The notes below the pieces were generated by a model that saw only the letters and a program-made list of their open reading frames with translations, did no database searches and had not been told where the DNA came from. A program made the translations under genes and the position numbers. DNA of 63,896 bases, counting the filler, from Vicugna vicugna (taxonomy: Eukaryota), in the NCBI GenBank assembly GCA_013265495.1. It is 71 parts of 69 records of this genome, joined end to end, with 100 filler letters (N's around TTAATTAATTAA, not from the genome) between each part and the next. Parts side by side here need not be neighbours in the genome. Positions count along the whole stretch, not along the records: positions 50,303 to 50,697 come from MU057790.1; positions 50,798 to 51,308 come from MU057791.1; positions 51,409 to 52,135 come from PNXW01001810.1; positions 52,236 to 53,052 come from PNXW01001811.1; positions 53,153 to 53,609 come from MU057798.1; positions 53,710 to 54,640 come from PNXW01001863.1; positions 54,741 to 55,603 come from MU057803.1; positions 55,704 to 56,462 come from MU057804.1; 63 more parts are not named here. One strand, 5' to 3'. Shown here one piece after another: positions 50,203 to 62,974 of this stretch (position 1 is its first letter; every line of letters starts with the position of its first letter).

Positions 50203-50797
50203 NNNNNNNNNNNNNNNNNNNNNNNNNNNNNNNNNNNNNNNNNNNNTTAATTAATTAANNNNNNNNNNNNNNNNNNNNNNNNNNNNNNNNNNNNNNNNNN
50301 NNTCTTGTTAGTTTTCATTGCTCAGCTGCCTTTAGTTTATTTCCATGTGGCCTCTCATGGGAAGGTCACTATATCTTGATAGACTGAGTTACTAATCAGC
50401 AAAAAGCTCTGGACCCACTCATATTTTCCAGAGTTTTTCTGCTGACCTGCTGACACTATATATAAATGAGACCTAACAAACTACTGGATATAAAATCCTT
50501 ANNNNNNNNNNNNNNNNNNNNNNNNNNNNNNNNNNNNNNNNNNNNNNNNNNNNNNNNNNNNNNNNNNNNNCTGAACAAAGGTGATAGGCTCTGCTGCTGG
50601 ACCCTCCCCAGTCAAATGGGATTTCCACCTTAGTTTTTAGAATCAGGCAGATGAGTTCAAATCTTGTCTTTACCAGTTATTAGCTTTGTGTTGTGACNNN
50701 NNNNNNNNNNNNNNNNNNNNNNNNNNNNNNNNNNNNNNNNNTTAATTAATTAANNNNNNNNNNNNNNNNNNNNNNNNNNNNNNNNNNNNNNNNNNNN

Positions 50798-51308
50798 AGG
50801 ATTCTCTAGAACACTGGCACTGCTGTCAGTTGGAGGAACTTTACCAAATCTAGATTCCAGAAGCCAGTCTTGTGGGAGGGGGGTTTCTGTATCCCCACAC
50901 CACGTAGATTGATGTGGGCTCAGGTGTTCACCTTTAGGGAGAATTGATCTAAATACTTCCACAGTCCATCGGGGGCACTCGCTACTATATGCCCTCAAAG
51001 CCCAACCCCCAGCTTTCCCTCAGAGCCAGGCCTAGGGAAACACTCAGGGATTACAAGCTATCGGATATTATTAGAACCCAGGCGGTGCTGTCACTTGAAA
51101 TTGNNNNNNNNNNNNNNNNNNNNNNNNNNNNNNNNNNNNNNNGTTGGAAGTGGGGAAACTGAGTTCATGCATCTTTATGGGGGCACAGTTATTCCCAGGT
51201 AGATGATGTAGTTTAAACACCATCACTTCTCATAGAGAGGCACTAGGTTTTACTTGGATTAGGGCCCATCCCCCACCATCGCTCACTGCTAGGCCTAAGA
51301 AATCACTT
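50798..51308 (+). repeat. Satellite B
   Basis: Matches 29392-29525 and other B subunits. Confidence 0.88.
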
Positions 51309-51408
51309 NNNNNNNNNNNNNNNNNNNNNNNNNNNNNNNNNNNNNNNNNNNNTTAATTAATTAANNNNNNNNNNNNNNNNNNNNNNNNNNNNNNNNNNNN
51401 NNNNNNNN

Positions 51409-52135
51409 GCCCAGGTGTGGGATTACTGGGTCATATGGTAAGTCTATTCCTAGCTTTCTGAGGAATCTCGACACTGTTTTCCACAGTGGCTGCACCAAAC
51501 TGCATCCCCACCAGCAGTGTAGGAGGGTTCCCCTTTCTCCACAGCCTCTCCAGCATTTGTCATTTTTGGATTTTTGAATGACGGCCATTCTGACTGGTGT
51601 GAGGTGATACCTCATTGAAGTTTTCATTTGCATTTCTCTGATAATTAGTGATATTGAGCATTTTTTCATGTGCTTTTTGATCATTTGTATGTCTTCCTTG
51701 GAGAATTGCTTGTTTAGATCTTCTGCCCATTTTTGGATTGGGTGGTTTATTTTTTCTTATTGAGTGATATGAGCTGCTTATATATTCTGGAAATCAAGCC
51801 TTTGTCGGTTTCACTTGCAAAAATTTTCTACCATTCCCTAGGTTTTCTTCTTGTTTTATTTCTGTTTTCCTTTGCTGTGCAGAAGCTTGTAAGTTTCATT
51901 AGGTCCCATTTGTTTATTCTTGCTTCTATTTCTTCTAGGAGAAAATAGAAAATTTTAAATGTATGTCAGATAATATTTTGCCTATGTTTTCCTCTAGGAG
52001 GTTTATTGTATCTTGTCTTCTGTTTAAGTCTTTAATCCATTTTGAGTTGATTTTTGTATATGGTGTACGGGTGAGTTCTAGCTTCCTTGTTTTAAATGCT
52101 GCTGTCCAGTTTTCCCAGCACCATTTGCTGAAGAG
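51409..52135 (-). mobile_element. LINE-1 ORF2 C-terminal fragment (Cys-rich domain), relatively young
   Basis: [61 protein letters not shown]. Confidence 0.97.
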
Positions 52136-52235
52136 NNNNNNNNNNNNNNNNNNNNNNNNNNNNNNNNNNNNNNNNNNNNTTAATTAATTAANNNNNNNNN
52201 NNNNNNNNNNNNNNNNNNNNNNNNNNNNNNNNNNN

Positions 52236-53052
52236 AGCATGTGGATTACTGACCTTTTATCCTCCGAACAAGGCGTATATTCACTTAGAATTATTTACTC
52301 GGACTTCATAGTTTTTCCTATCACCAGGTTCTAAAATCGGACATTTGGCACCAGAAAACACTCTTTGAGCGATATCTCACCAATAAACATGTAATTTGCA
52401 TTGTTTACATAACCATGGCATTCCGTATTACGAACATGTTTCATGCAGATTCCTCAAACATGCATTTCTGAGTTGTGAACATGCGCATGACTAATGTTTC
52501 AACCACCAAACAAGTTACCTATGCACTTTGAAATATTTATTTTGACCTCGTAGATTCTTCCTATGACCAGATTCAAGAATCACACGGTGATCCCACAAAA
52601 AACCTCTTGGAGCGAATTCTACCCTATAGATATGTAATTTGAATAGATTACATCTACATAATATTCTGTGTTCTGTACATGCTACATACATGACGGATTC
52701 GACAAACATGTTTTTCTGAGTTGCTGGCATCTGGATTACTAATCTTTCAACCTCCAAAAATGGAATATTTTCATCTAGAAACGTGTACACATTTTCACAA
52801 GCTTTCCCTACTACAAAGTTCGAATTCATGCATTATTCACAGAAAAATAGTTCTGGAGCGAATTTCACCTAACAGATATGTAATTTACATGAATTCCAAC
52901 AACATGGCATTCCGGGTTCCGTACATAATAAATGTATGACGGATTTGGCAGTCATGCATTTCTGACTTGTGAACATGTGGATTACTGACCTTTCATCCTC
53001 CGAACGTGGCGAATATAGACTTAGACATATTTACTCTGACTTCATAGTTTTT
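52236..53052 (+). repeat. Satellite D, one trimer (~736 bp)
   Basis: CATGTGGATTACTGACCTTT at ~52238 and ~52974. Confidence 0.95.
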
Positions 53053-53152
53053 NNNNNNNNNNNNNNNNNNNNNNNNNNNNNNNNNNNNNNNNNNNNTTAA
53101 TTAATTAANNNNNNNNNNNNNNNNNNNNNNNNNNNNNNNNNNNNNNNNNNNN

Positions 53153-53609
53153 AGGGGGGTTGTCAGATATCCCAATGACAGAGGATGCCTCCCCAAGTTC
53201 TGGGAAGATTTTTCTCGGACTTCCCCTAACAGGGAACAACTGTGACTGAAGAGAGCTGCGTGGAGTTGTCTCTCGAGCTCCCCCACGCACTGACAATTGT
53301 GCCGGAATCCTGAGCGTGGGGCGGNNNNNNNNNNNNNNNNNNNNNNNNNNNNNNNNNNNNNNNNNNNNNNNNNNNNNNNNNNNNNNNNNNNNNNNNNNNN
53401 NNNNNNNNNNNNNNNNNNNNNNNNNNNNNNNNNNNNNNNNNNNNNNNNNNNNNNNNNNNNNNNNNNNNNNNNNNNNNNNNNNNNNNNNNNNNNNNNNNNN
53501 NNNNNNNNNNNNNNNNNNNNNNNNNNNNNNNAGAGCTGCGTGTAGTGTTCTCTCGAGCTCCCCCACGCACTGAGAATTTTGCCGGAATCCTGAGCGTGGG
53601 GAGGTTCCA
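53153..53609 (-). repeat. Satellite A
   Basis: GAGAGCTGCGTGGAGTTGTCTCTCGAGCTCCCCCACGCACTGA. Confidence 0.94.
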
Positions 53610-53709
53610 NNNNNNNNNNNNNNNNNNNNNNNNNNNNNNNNNNNNNNNNNNNNTTAATTAATTAANNNNNNNNNNNNNNNNNNNNNNNNNNNNNNNNNNN
53701 NNNNNNNNN

Positions 53710-54640
53710 TTATTGGCCATTTGTATATCTATTTAATTTCGTGGTAAATTTAAAAATTGGGTCTATTTTCTTGTATATTTCAGTTGTAAGCATTTGTTAT
53801 ATATCCTGGATACTACTCTCTTATTAGATACATGCTTTGCAAAATTTTTCTTCTATTCTACACATTGTCCTTTCACTATATTTTTTTAAACATTAAAACA
53901 ATTTCTTTAAGGAGAGGTAATTAGATGTATTGATTTATTTTATTTTTCTTGCTAAGCACGCACTCTATCACTTGAGATACCCATTTCCCCTGTAATTTCA
54001 CTTTCTTGATGATGTCCTTTGTAAGAAAAAGGTTTTAATTTTGATGAAGTCCAGTTTATCTGCCTTTTTCTTCTATCACTTGTGCTCTTGGTATTGTATC
54101 TAGGAAACCAAAGCCTATCATAGGACCACAAATATTTATATTATCTTCTTTTAGAAAGTTTATAGGTTTAAATTTTTACATTCTGTGATCAATTTTGAAT
54201 TAATTTTTCTTTGTTATATAAAATATGGGTGTTCAGATTCTAGATTGATTCTTTTGTCTGCAGATACCCAGGTGTCCCTGCACCATTTGTTGTATAGACT
54301 ATTCTTTCAGTGGAGGGTTTTTGGCCCCCTTGTGGAAAACAGTCTGTAAATGTAAATTTTTTCCCCCTGGGTTTTTATTGTGTCTCACAGATTTATTTAA
54401 CCAAACTTATGCCGTACCATACTGACTTAGTACTATTGCATTTTAGTACCCTTTAAAGTGAGTCCTGCAACTTTACTCTTCTTTTTCAAGGTTGTTTTGG
54501 CTGTAATGAGCCCCTTGCACTTCCATATGAATTTTGGGATCAGTTTTTCAATTTTTGCAAGAAGTCAGCTGGAATTTTGATAGAGATTCCAATGAATATG
54601 TAGATCATTTTGAGGAGTCTTAACATTTTTAATAATATTG
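53710..54640 (-). mobile_element. Old LINE-1 (L1M-type) ORF2 3' remnant
   Basis: TTTTAATTTTGATGAAGTCCAGTTTATC, CACCATTTGTTG.A.AGACT and CCCTTGCACTTCCATATGAATTTT are typical L1 antisense text. Confidence 0.85.
53908..53990 (-). mobile_element. vic-1-like SINE with an internal deletion, inserted in the old L1
   Basis: GGAGAGGTAATTAG..TTTATTT tail plus GCTAAGCACGCACTCTATCACTTGAG.TACCC head in reverse; the B-box region is missing. Confidence 0.7.
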
Positions 54641-55438
54641 NNNNNNNNNNNNNNNNNNNNNNNNNNNNNNNNNNNNNNNNNNNNTTAATTAATTAANNNN
54701 NNNNNNNNNNNNNNNNNNNNNNNNNNNNNNNNNNNNNNNNATGTGTCTGCCGGCTTCACGGGCTGCTCAGTGTCAATTTTATTTTTTTGGGTTCCGGTTT
54801 AGGACGCATTTCCATGAGAAATATTGCTCAGACTTTTCCTGAATGAAGGATTGAATTTTCCACAGGAAATATTATGAATGAGAGTGACAAGGCACAAGGG
54901 TTTCCCATAAAGGAATAGTTGATGTAATAAACTTTCACTATGGTGAATATTTTTAATAAAAGCCAGTTGAAAANNNNNNNNNNNNNNNNNNNNNNNNNNN
55001 NNNNNNNNNNNNNNNNNNNNNNNNNNNNNNNNNNNNNNNNNNNNNNNNNNNNNNNNNNNNNNNNNNNNNNNNNNNNNNNNNNNNNNNNNNNNNNNNNNNN
55101 NNNNNNNNNNNNNNNNNNNNNNNNNNNNNNNNNNNNNNNNNNNNNNNNNNNNNNNNNNNNNNNNNNNNNNNNNNNNNNNNNNNNNNNNNNNNNNNNNNNN
55201 NNNNNNNNNNNNNNNNNNNNNNNNNNNNNNNNNNNNNNNNNNNNNNNNNNNNNNNNNNNNNNNNNNNNNNNNNNNNNNNNNNNNNNNNNNNNNNNNNNNN
55301 NNNNNNNNNNNNNNNNNNNNNNNNNNNNNNNNNNNNNNNNNNNNNNNNNNNNNNNNNNNNNNNNNNNNNNNNNNNNNNNNNNNNNNNNNNNNNNNNNNNN
55401 NNNNNNNNNNNNNNNNNNNNNNNNNNNNNNNNNNNNNN

Positions 55439-55603
55439 AACGTCTCTCCACATGCTCAGTTCTGAGAGATAAGTGTGTGTGAAAGCCGTCCTTCACCTAG
55501 CTTGAAGGGAACACATAGTTTCTTTTCAGTTGCAAACTCCATTCCGTACATATATATCGTTAGGTACAAGCTCCAACTCGGCTTTACAGTGAAAACGGCA
55601 GGC
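55439..55603 (-). repeat. Satellite E
   Basis: CTCCACATGCTCAGTTCTGAGAGATAAGTGTGTGTGAAAGCCG. Confidence 0.93.
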
Positions 55604-55703
55604 NNNNNNNNNNNNNNNNNNNNNNNNNNNNNNNNNNNNNNNNNNNNTTAATTAATTAANNNNNNNNNNNNNNNNNNNNNNNNNNNNNNNNNNNNNNNNN
55701 NNN

Positions 55704-56462
55704 ATTTTAAAATGAAAGACCAAAAAAAATATATTCTCTATTTTCCTGCGACCATTTCCCAATGTCAATGATTTGTATGTATTGTTTTAAAATTTTGTGT
55801 TTATTTTATTTGTAATTCATGAGTTATCACCTTTCCAGCTGTGAGTTTCAAATTTCTGTAGAATCTTGCAGCTTTTCTTTTTTGAGAAGACCTTTCAATA
55901 ATTCTTTTAGCATAGGTCTAGTGTTGCTAACTCTTGAAGCTTTTTCTTGTCTGTGAAATCCTATATTTCTATTTCTACCAAAAAGAAAAGCATTGCTCAT
56001 CAATGTATCCTACAGTATATAATTTTTTTCATTCAGGACTTTGAATATATATTTTCACTCCCTACTGGGCTGTAGTTTTTGTGTAGAGAAACAGCTGTTA
56101 GGCTTATGGCGATTCCCTTGTAACTCACACTTTACTATTCTCTTGCTGTCTTTAGGATCATTTCTTTATCATTGATTCTGGCCATCTTAATTATATGTCT
56201 TGGTGTGGGTGTANNNNNNNNNNNNNNNNNNNNNNNNNNNNNNNNNNNNNNNNNNNNNNNNNNNNNNNNNNNNNNNNNNNNNNNNNNNNNNNNNNNNNNN
56301 NNNNNNNNNNNNNNNNNNNNNNNNNNNNNNNNNNNNNNNNNNNNNNNNNNNNNNNNNNGCATGCTTTGTATTATCCCATAGGTCCCTTATGCTTTTTCAT
56401 TTGTTTCTCATTGTTTCTCTTGTAGGTCTTCTGAATGGGTGCTTTCTATTGTCCTGTCTTCT
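55704..56462 (-). mobile_element. LINE-1 ORF1 and inter-ORF remnant, degenerate
   Basis: TPTPRHIIKMARINDKEMILKTARE matches the L1 ORF1p motif. Confidence 0.9.
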
Positions 56463-56562
56463 NNNNNNNNNNNNNNNNNNNNNNNNNNNNNNNNNNNNNN
56501 NNNNNNTTAATTAATTAANNNNNNNNNNNNNNNNNNNNNNNNNNNNNNNNNNNNNNNNNNNN

Positions 56563-57472
56563 GGGGCGGGAGGCAGGGTAGTCAGGGTGCAGGGGTGGCG
56601 GTGGTCGACGGCCTGCAGCGGGTGAGCGGCCCATTTTCTCCCAGCTTCCCCGCTTCTTGTTCTGGGGGCGGTCGCTGTTGCCCTGTGTTACGAGACGCGT
56701 GTATCCTAGTCGGCCTGACCCCGGGAGTTGGACTTGGTACTTTGGGGGTGGTGGCAGCAGCGGCAGGTTTTCCCATGGAACTTGTCCATTTGCTCCCACT
56801 TCCCCCACTGTTGTCCCAAGTTCGCCGGACGTCCATCTCCAGGTCAGCCTGCTCCCTAGAGGAGGCCACTGTGAGGTCATGGGCAAGAGTGGTGGCTGCT
56901 GCGGGGGTAGGGGCTGCCTTGGGGAGCTGGTGGATTGGCTCCCGTCTCCCCGATGGCCTGGTGTGGGAGTGGCCTCTCCTGCCCCAGATCACCAGACGCA
57001 CCTGTCCCACTCAGCCTGCTGGGGGAGGGCCGCCCTGGGCGGTGACTTTAAGGTGCGGGAGTGGCGATGGCGGAGGTAGAAGACCTGCAGGGCGGAGCCT
57101 GTCAATTTGCTCTCCTCTTCCCCACAACCAATCCTGGGGGCGTCCTCTGCTGCCCAAGAAGCCGGATGCCCGTCTCCAGGTCAGCTTGCTCCTGGGAGAC
57201 GGGCTCGATATGGTCGAGGGGCAGAGGCAGCTGCGATGGCCGGCTGCCCCGCCTAATGGGGCCACTTCTTCTCCTCTCCCCTGACCTGGCCTGGGGACGT
57301 CCTCTCCGGCGCAAGATTCGCCTGACACCCCACACCCGGTCTGATTGCTCCTGGGAGGTGGGCGCAGTGAGATCAGGAGGTGGAGAGGACAGGGGGCTGC
57401 CCCTGGAAAGCTGGAGGATAAGCAGCTATCTCTCTGGAGACCTGACGTGGGGGCGGCCTCTGCTGCCCCTCG
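56563..57472. repeat. Degenerate GC-rich tandem repeat, ~135-170-bp unit, about 5 copies
   Basis: A CAGGTCAGC(C/T)TGCTCC-like anchor at ~56706, 56840, 57008, 57178 and 57337. Confidence 0.7.
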
Positions 57473-57572
57473 NNNNNNNNNNNNNNNNNNNNNNNNNNNN
57501 NNNNNNNNNNNNNNNNTTAATTAATTAANNNNNNNNNNNNNNNNNNNNNNNNNNNNNNNNNNNNNNNNNNNN

Positions 57573-58656
57573 ATAATAGAGTATACAGAACCCAGAATTT
57601 AAAACATGGATCCAGAATTCAGAATTTAGAATATAGAATATTGTATACTGAATATAGAATTTAGAATATAGAATGTAGTACACAGAATATAGAATGTATA
57701 ATAGAGAATTTAGAATCCAGAATTAAGAACATTGAATGCCGTACACAGAATTTAGAATATAGAATACATAATACTGAATATAGAATTTAGAATATACAAT
57801 GTAGAATACAGAATATAGAATATATAATATAGATATAGAACACAGAATTTAGAACATGGAATGCAGAANNNNNNNNNNNNNNNNNNNNNNNNNNNNNNNN
57901 NNNNNNNNNNNNNNNNNNNNNNNNNNNNNNNNNNNNNNNNNNNNNNNNNNNNNNNNNNNNNNNNNNNNNNNNNNNNNNNNNNNNNNNNNNNNNNNNNNNN
58001 NNNNNNNNNNNNNNNNNNNNNNNNNNNNNNNNNNNNNNNNNNNNNNNNNNNNNNNNNNNNNNNNNNNNNNNNNNNNNNNNNNNNNNNNNNNNNNNNNNNN
58101 NNNNNNNNNNNNNNNNNNNNNNNNNNNNNNNNNNNNNNNNNNNNNNNNNNNNNNNNNNNNNNNNNNNNNNNNNNNNNNNNNNNNNNNNNNNNNNNNNNNN
58201 NNNNNNNNNNNNNNNNNNNNNNNNNNNNNNNNNNNNNNNNNNNNNNNNNNNNNNNNNNNNNNNNNNNNNNNNNNNNNNNNNNNNNNNNNNNNNNNNNNNN
58301 NNNNNNNNNNNNNNNNNNNNNNNNNNNNNNNNNNNNNNNNNNNATATAGAATGCAGTAAACAAAATTTAGAATATATATAGAATACAGAATGCTAAATAT
58401 AAAATTTAGAACATGGAATGCCGAACACAGAATTTAGAATATAGAATACAGTATACTGAATATAGAATTTAGAAAATGCAATGCAGAAAACAGAATTTAG
58501 AATATAGAATACAGAATACTGAATATAGAGTTTAGAATATAGAATGTAGAACACAGAATATAGAATATTGAATAGAGAATAAAGAAACCAGTATTTAGAA
58601 CATGGAAAAATGAACACAGAATTTAGGTTAAAGAATACATAATACTGAATATAGAA
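57573..58656 (+). repeat. Satellite C (gapped)
   Basis: TAGAATA heptamer array. Confidence 0.95.
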
Positions 58657-58756
58657 NNNNNNNNNNNNNNNNNNNNNNNNNNNNNNNNNNNNNNNNNNNN
58701 TTAATTAATTAANNNNNNNNNNNNNNNNNNNNNNNNNNNNNNNNNNNNNNNNNNNN

Positions 58757-58948
58757 GGGGAAGAAGCCTCTGTCACAGGGATATCCTGCAAATCACGCTA
58801 GAATTTCCTGGGAGAGAGACATTAAGAAAACCCTCAGGGGAGACGAGCTTAGGCTTTCCGTTAGAACCCACGCGCTGCCGACCGTTGGTGGAACCTCCCC
58901 ACGCTTAGGATTCCGGAACCATTGTCAGTGCGTGGGGGAGCTCGAGAG
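58757..58948 (+). repeat. Satellite A (partial monomer)
   Basis: TTAGAACCCACGCGCTGCCGACCGTTGGTGGAACCTCCCCACG. Confidence 0.94.
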
Positions 58949-59048
58949 NNNNNNNNNNNNNNNNNNNNNNNNNNNNNNNNNNNNNNNNNNNNTTAATTAA
59001 TTAANNNNNNNNNNNNNNNNNNNNNNNNNNNNNNNNNNNNNNNNNNNN

Positions 59049-59710
59049 CTCTCTTCAGTCACAGGGGTTCCCTGTTCGGGGAAGTCTGAGAAATATTTTC
59101 CCTGACCTTGGGGAGGCAGCCTCTGTCACTGGGATATCCTGCAAACCACCCTAGCATTCCCTGGCAGAGAGACATTAGGAAAACACTCATGCGAGACGAG
59201 CTTAGGCATTTAGTTCGAACCCATGCGCTGCCGACCGTTGGTGGAACCTCCCCACGCTCAGGATTCCGGAAACATTGTCAGTGCGTGGGGAAGCTCGAGA
59301 GAAAACTCCACGCAGCTCTCTTCAGTCACAGGTGTTCACTGTTCGGGGAAGTCCGAGAAATAACTTCCCTGACCTTGGGGAGGCAGCCTCTATCACTGGC
59401 ATATCCTGCATAGCCCCGTAGCATTCCCTTGCACAGAGACATTAGGAAAACCCTCATGGGAGACGAGCTTAGGCATTCCGTTAGAACCCACGCGCTGCCG
59501 ACCGTTGGTGGAAACTCCCCACGCTCAGGATTCCGGAAACATTGTCAGTGCGTGGGGGAGCATGAGAAAAAACTCCACGCAGCTCTCTTCAGTCACAAGG
59601 GTTCCTTGTTAGGGGAAGTCCGAGAAATACCTTCCCTATCCAAGGGGAGGAAGCCTCAGTCACTGGGATATCCTGCAAACCCCCTACCATTCCCTGCACA
59701 GAGACATTAG
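59049..59710 (+). repeat. Satellite A, ~2.5 units
   Basis: CTCTTCAGTC at 59051, 59318 and 59585 (exactly 267-bp period). Confidence 0.97.
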
Positions 59711-59810
59711 NNNNNNNNNNNNNNNNNNNNNNNNNNNNNNNNNNNNNNNNNNNNTTAATTAATTAANNNNNNNNNNNNNNNNNNNNNNNNNNNNNNNNNN
59801 NNNNNNNNNN

Positions 59811-61046
59811 CAAGATACCTATGCACTCTGAAATATTTACTTTGACTTTGTAGCTAATTCCTATCACCAGTTTCTAGAATCACAGTTTGATCACACAAAA
59901 ACACTTTTGGAATGAAATCTTCCCTAGAGATATGTTATTTGAATAGATTCCATCTACATGATATTCCGTGTTCAGTACTTGCTACATATATGACGGATTC
60001 GACAAATATACATTCCTGAGTTGAGGTCATATAGATTACTAATCTTTCCTCCTCTATAAAAGTAATANNNNNNNNNNNNNNNNNNNNNNNNNNNNNNNNN
60101 NNNNNNNNNNNNNNNNNNNNNNNNNNNNNNNNNNNNNNNNNNNNNNNNNNNNNNNNNNNNNNNNNNNNNNNNNNNNNNNNNNNNNNNNNNNNNNNNNNNN
60201 NNNNNNNNNNNNNNNNNNNNNNNNNNNNNNNNNNNNNNNNNNNNNNNNNNNNNNNNNNNNNNNNNNNNNNNNNNNNNNNNNNNNNNNNNNNNNNNNNNNN
60301 NNNNNNNNNNNNNNNNNNNNNNNNNNNNNNNNNNNNNNNNNNNNNNNNNNNNNNNNNNNNNNNNNNNNNNNNNNNNNNNNNNNNNNNNNNNNNNNNNNNN
60401 NNNNNNNNNNNNNNNNNNNNNNNNNNNNNNNNNNNNNNNNNNNNNNNNNNNNNNNNNNNNNNNNNNNNNNNNNNNNNNNNNNNNNNNNNNNNNNNNNNNN
60501 NNNNNNNNNNNNNNNNNNNNNNNNNNNNNNNNNNNNNNNNNNNNNNNNNNNNNNNNNNNNNNNNNNNNNNNNNNNNNNNNNNNNNNNNNNNNNNNNNNNN
60601 NNNNNNNNNNNNNNNNNNNNNNNNNNNNNNNNNNNNNNNNNNNNNNNNNNNNNNNNNNNNNNNNNNNNNNNNNNNNNNNNNNNNNNNNNNNNNNNNNNNN
60701 NNNNNNNNNNNNNNNNNNNNNNNNNNNNNNNNNNNNNNNNNNNNNNNNNNNNNNNNNNNNNNNNNNNNNNNNNNNNNNNNNNNNNNNNNNNNNNNNNNNN
60801 NNNNNNNNNNNNNNNNNNNNNNNNNNNNNNNNNNNNNNNNNNNNNNNNNNNNNNNNNNNNNTTCCCTAAAACCAGGATCGAATTCGTGCATTTTTCACAG
60901 AAATATATTTCTGGAGCGATTTCCACCTAATAGGTATGTAATTTACATTAATTCCATCAACATGGCATTCCGGGTTCCGTAGATGCTACATGAATGACGT
61001 TTTCGTCAATCATGCATTTCTGACTTGTGAGCATGTGGATTACTGA
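59811..61046 (+). repeat. Satellite D (gapped)
   Basis: D motifs on both sides of the gap. Confidence 0.92.
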
Positions 61047-62974
61047 NNNNNNNNNNNNNNNNNNNNNNNNNNNNNNNNNNNNNNNNNNNNTTAATTAATT
61101 AANNNNNNNNNNNNNNNNNNNNNNNNNNNNNNNNNNNNNNNNNNNNAAGAGACTTCCATGAAATTATGACATCTTGCGAGAACGTTAAGTCCATTTCTCC
61201 CCGTTGGATGGACCTTAAATCTGTATTATCCAGACAGAGGAGACTCACTCTCTCATAAATGATTTTATGTTCTTTTTAAAAAGTATGTGAAAATGGAAAT
61301 TCCACAGGTTTTCTCAGTAATTCAGTCAAGGTCTTATACCGTTCTTTGCGATAATACAGAAGCATACTTAATCTCTGCTCGCTCTTCCTGAGGAAGGGAA
61401 GCTCGTCAGTTATTATTTGGGAAAACACCCCACCCCCCGCCCGCCTCAGAGGGCGTCAGGGGGACCGTTGGCTCTTCCCCAGGTCAGCGTCTGATAATCC
61501 TGTCTCGGAGGTAACTCAGTTATCTCTGTCTTCAGGGATCCTTTCAGACTCTTTTCTGTTCCGTTTAAGGTATGTAAGATCACATGCCTTTGTAGGAGTG
61601 TGTGCAGACCTGAGTACTAATCCTTCTGTCTCTCTTTCTCTCCGCCAAAGCTCTTATGTTTTGTTACCTTTAAGCCCTCTTTTTTTCAGTGCCTACTCTG
61701 TGTGTTCCAGTGGTAAGCAGTGCTGGGTTCAGAGCGAGAACTCCGTTGTCCTCCCGCACACTGGCGAATCTATGATAAAACGCTTGTGCTGGTGATTTTA
61801 ACGTGGACACTGAGGGTCCTCCCTTCTCCCTCCAGTAAATGGTAGTGTCTGTGCTAACCCTATTTCTGCAGGCATTGAGATCACGAGGAATTGGCTTGCC
61901 AACTATGCGAAACTATTCTTTAAGAAAAACTTTCTTCCTCCTCGATCGCACTGCCTGGCGTAGTTCGTACACGGTATAGGCATGTTTAGTGAACTGTGAA
62001 ATCTGTGAAGATGGAATTATTACGGTGTCACTTATATTCCAGACTGGCATATATTAAATCGCTGGTGATCTGTCAGTTGTAAAACCAAATTCNNNNNNNN
62101 NNNNNNNNNNNNNNNNNNNNNNNNNNNNNNNNNNNNTTAATTAATTAANNNNNNNNNNNNNNNNNNNNNNNNNNNNNNNNNNNNNNNNNNNNGAACCAGA
62201 CAGTAGAATCCTATATGCCTCAGGCTATAGACAAGTCCCTGGCCCATAAGGTTCCTAATTCCTTAGGTGTAGATGCAGGTTTTGCCCCCGCTGCCACCTG
62301 GGTGTAAAGCACCAGTGGGTATGGTGGCTGCGTCTGAGCCCCTGCTCTATTCACCTAGAAACATTTATGGAATTTCAGAGATGGGGAATGCACNNNNNNN
62401 NNNNNNNNNNNNNNNNNNNNNNNNNNNNNNNNNNNNNNNNNNNNNNNNNNNNNNNNNNNNNACACAGCCACCTATGTTCTCCAGGGCTGCCTCAGTGCAG
62501 CTGTCCCAATCTTCCACCCAGGTCGGGCAGCATAGCCCTGCCCCAAGCTTCCAGGCTGCATCTTCACCTGGGTGTCACAGGGATCCTCTGTGCCTGCTTA
62601 ACTTAGTTCTGTCAGTCAACTTATACTATGTACATGTCCAAGACTTGGAGGCTCTCCCTCCTTCCTGCTGATCTCTCAGTTGGAGATGGGAGACACAGTA
62701 AGTGAGCACCAGTCCTTCTTTGCTGCTCCCTCCCTGTGGGACCTGTCCCACTCTCTTTAGCATTTTCTTCTTTCTTCCTTTTCTCCTGCCTGGTTATTCA
62801 CATTTTTTCTATTGAAGAGGACAATGTTCTGTCAGAGTATTGCAGGTTCTCTGGTTAGCTGACTGGGTCTGTGGNNNNNNNNNNNNNNNNNNNNNNNNNN
62901 NNNNNNNNNNNNNNNNNNTTAATTAATTAANNNNNNNNNNNNNNNNNNNNNNNNNNNNNNNNNNNNNNNNNNNN

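Noticed and set aside
56595..57284. 229-aa plus-strand ORF as a real CDS
   Set aside because: It starts at GTG in GC-rich repetitive DNA with several overlapping long ORFs on both strands, and has no recognisable domain.
59090..59135. Homology between the A/B and D/E satellite groups (AGAAATA..T.C.CTGAC.T...CT.TCAC similarity)
   Set aside because: The match is short, patchy and not extendable by eye; it would need consensus alignment statistics.
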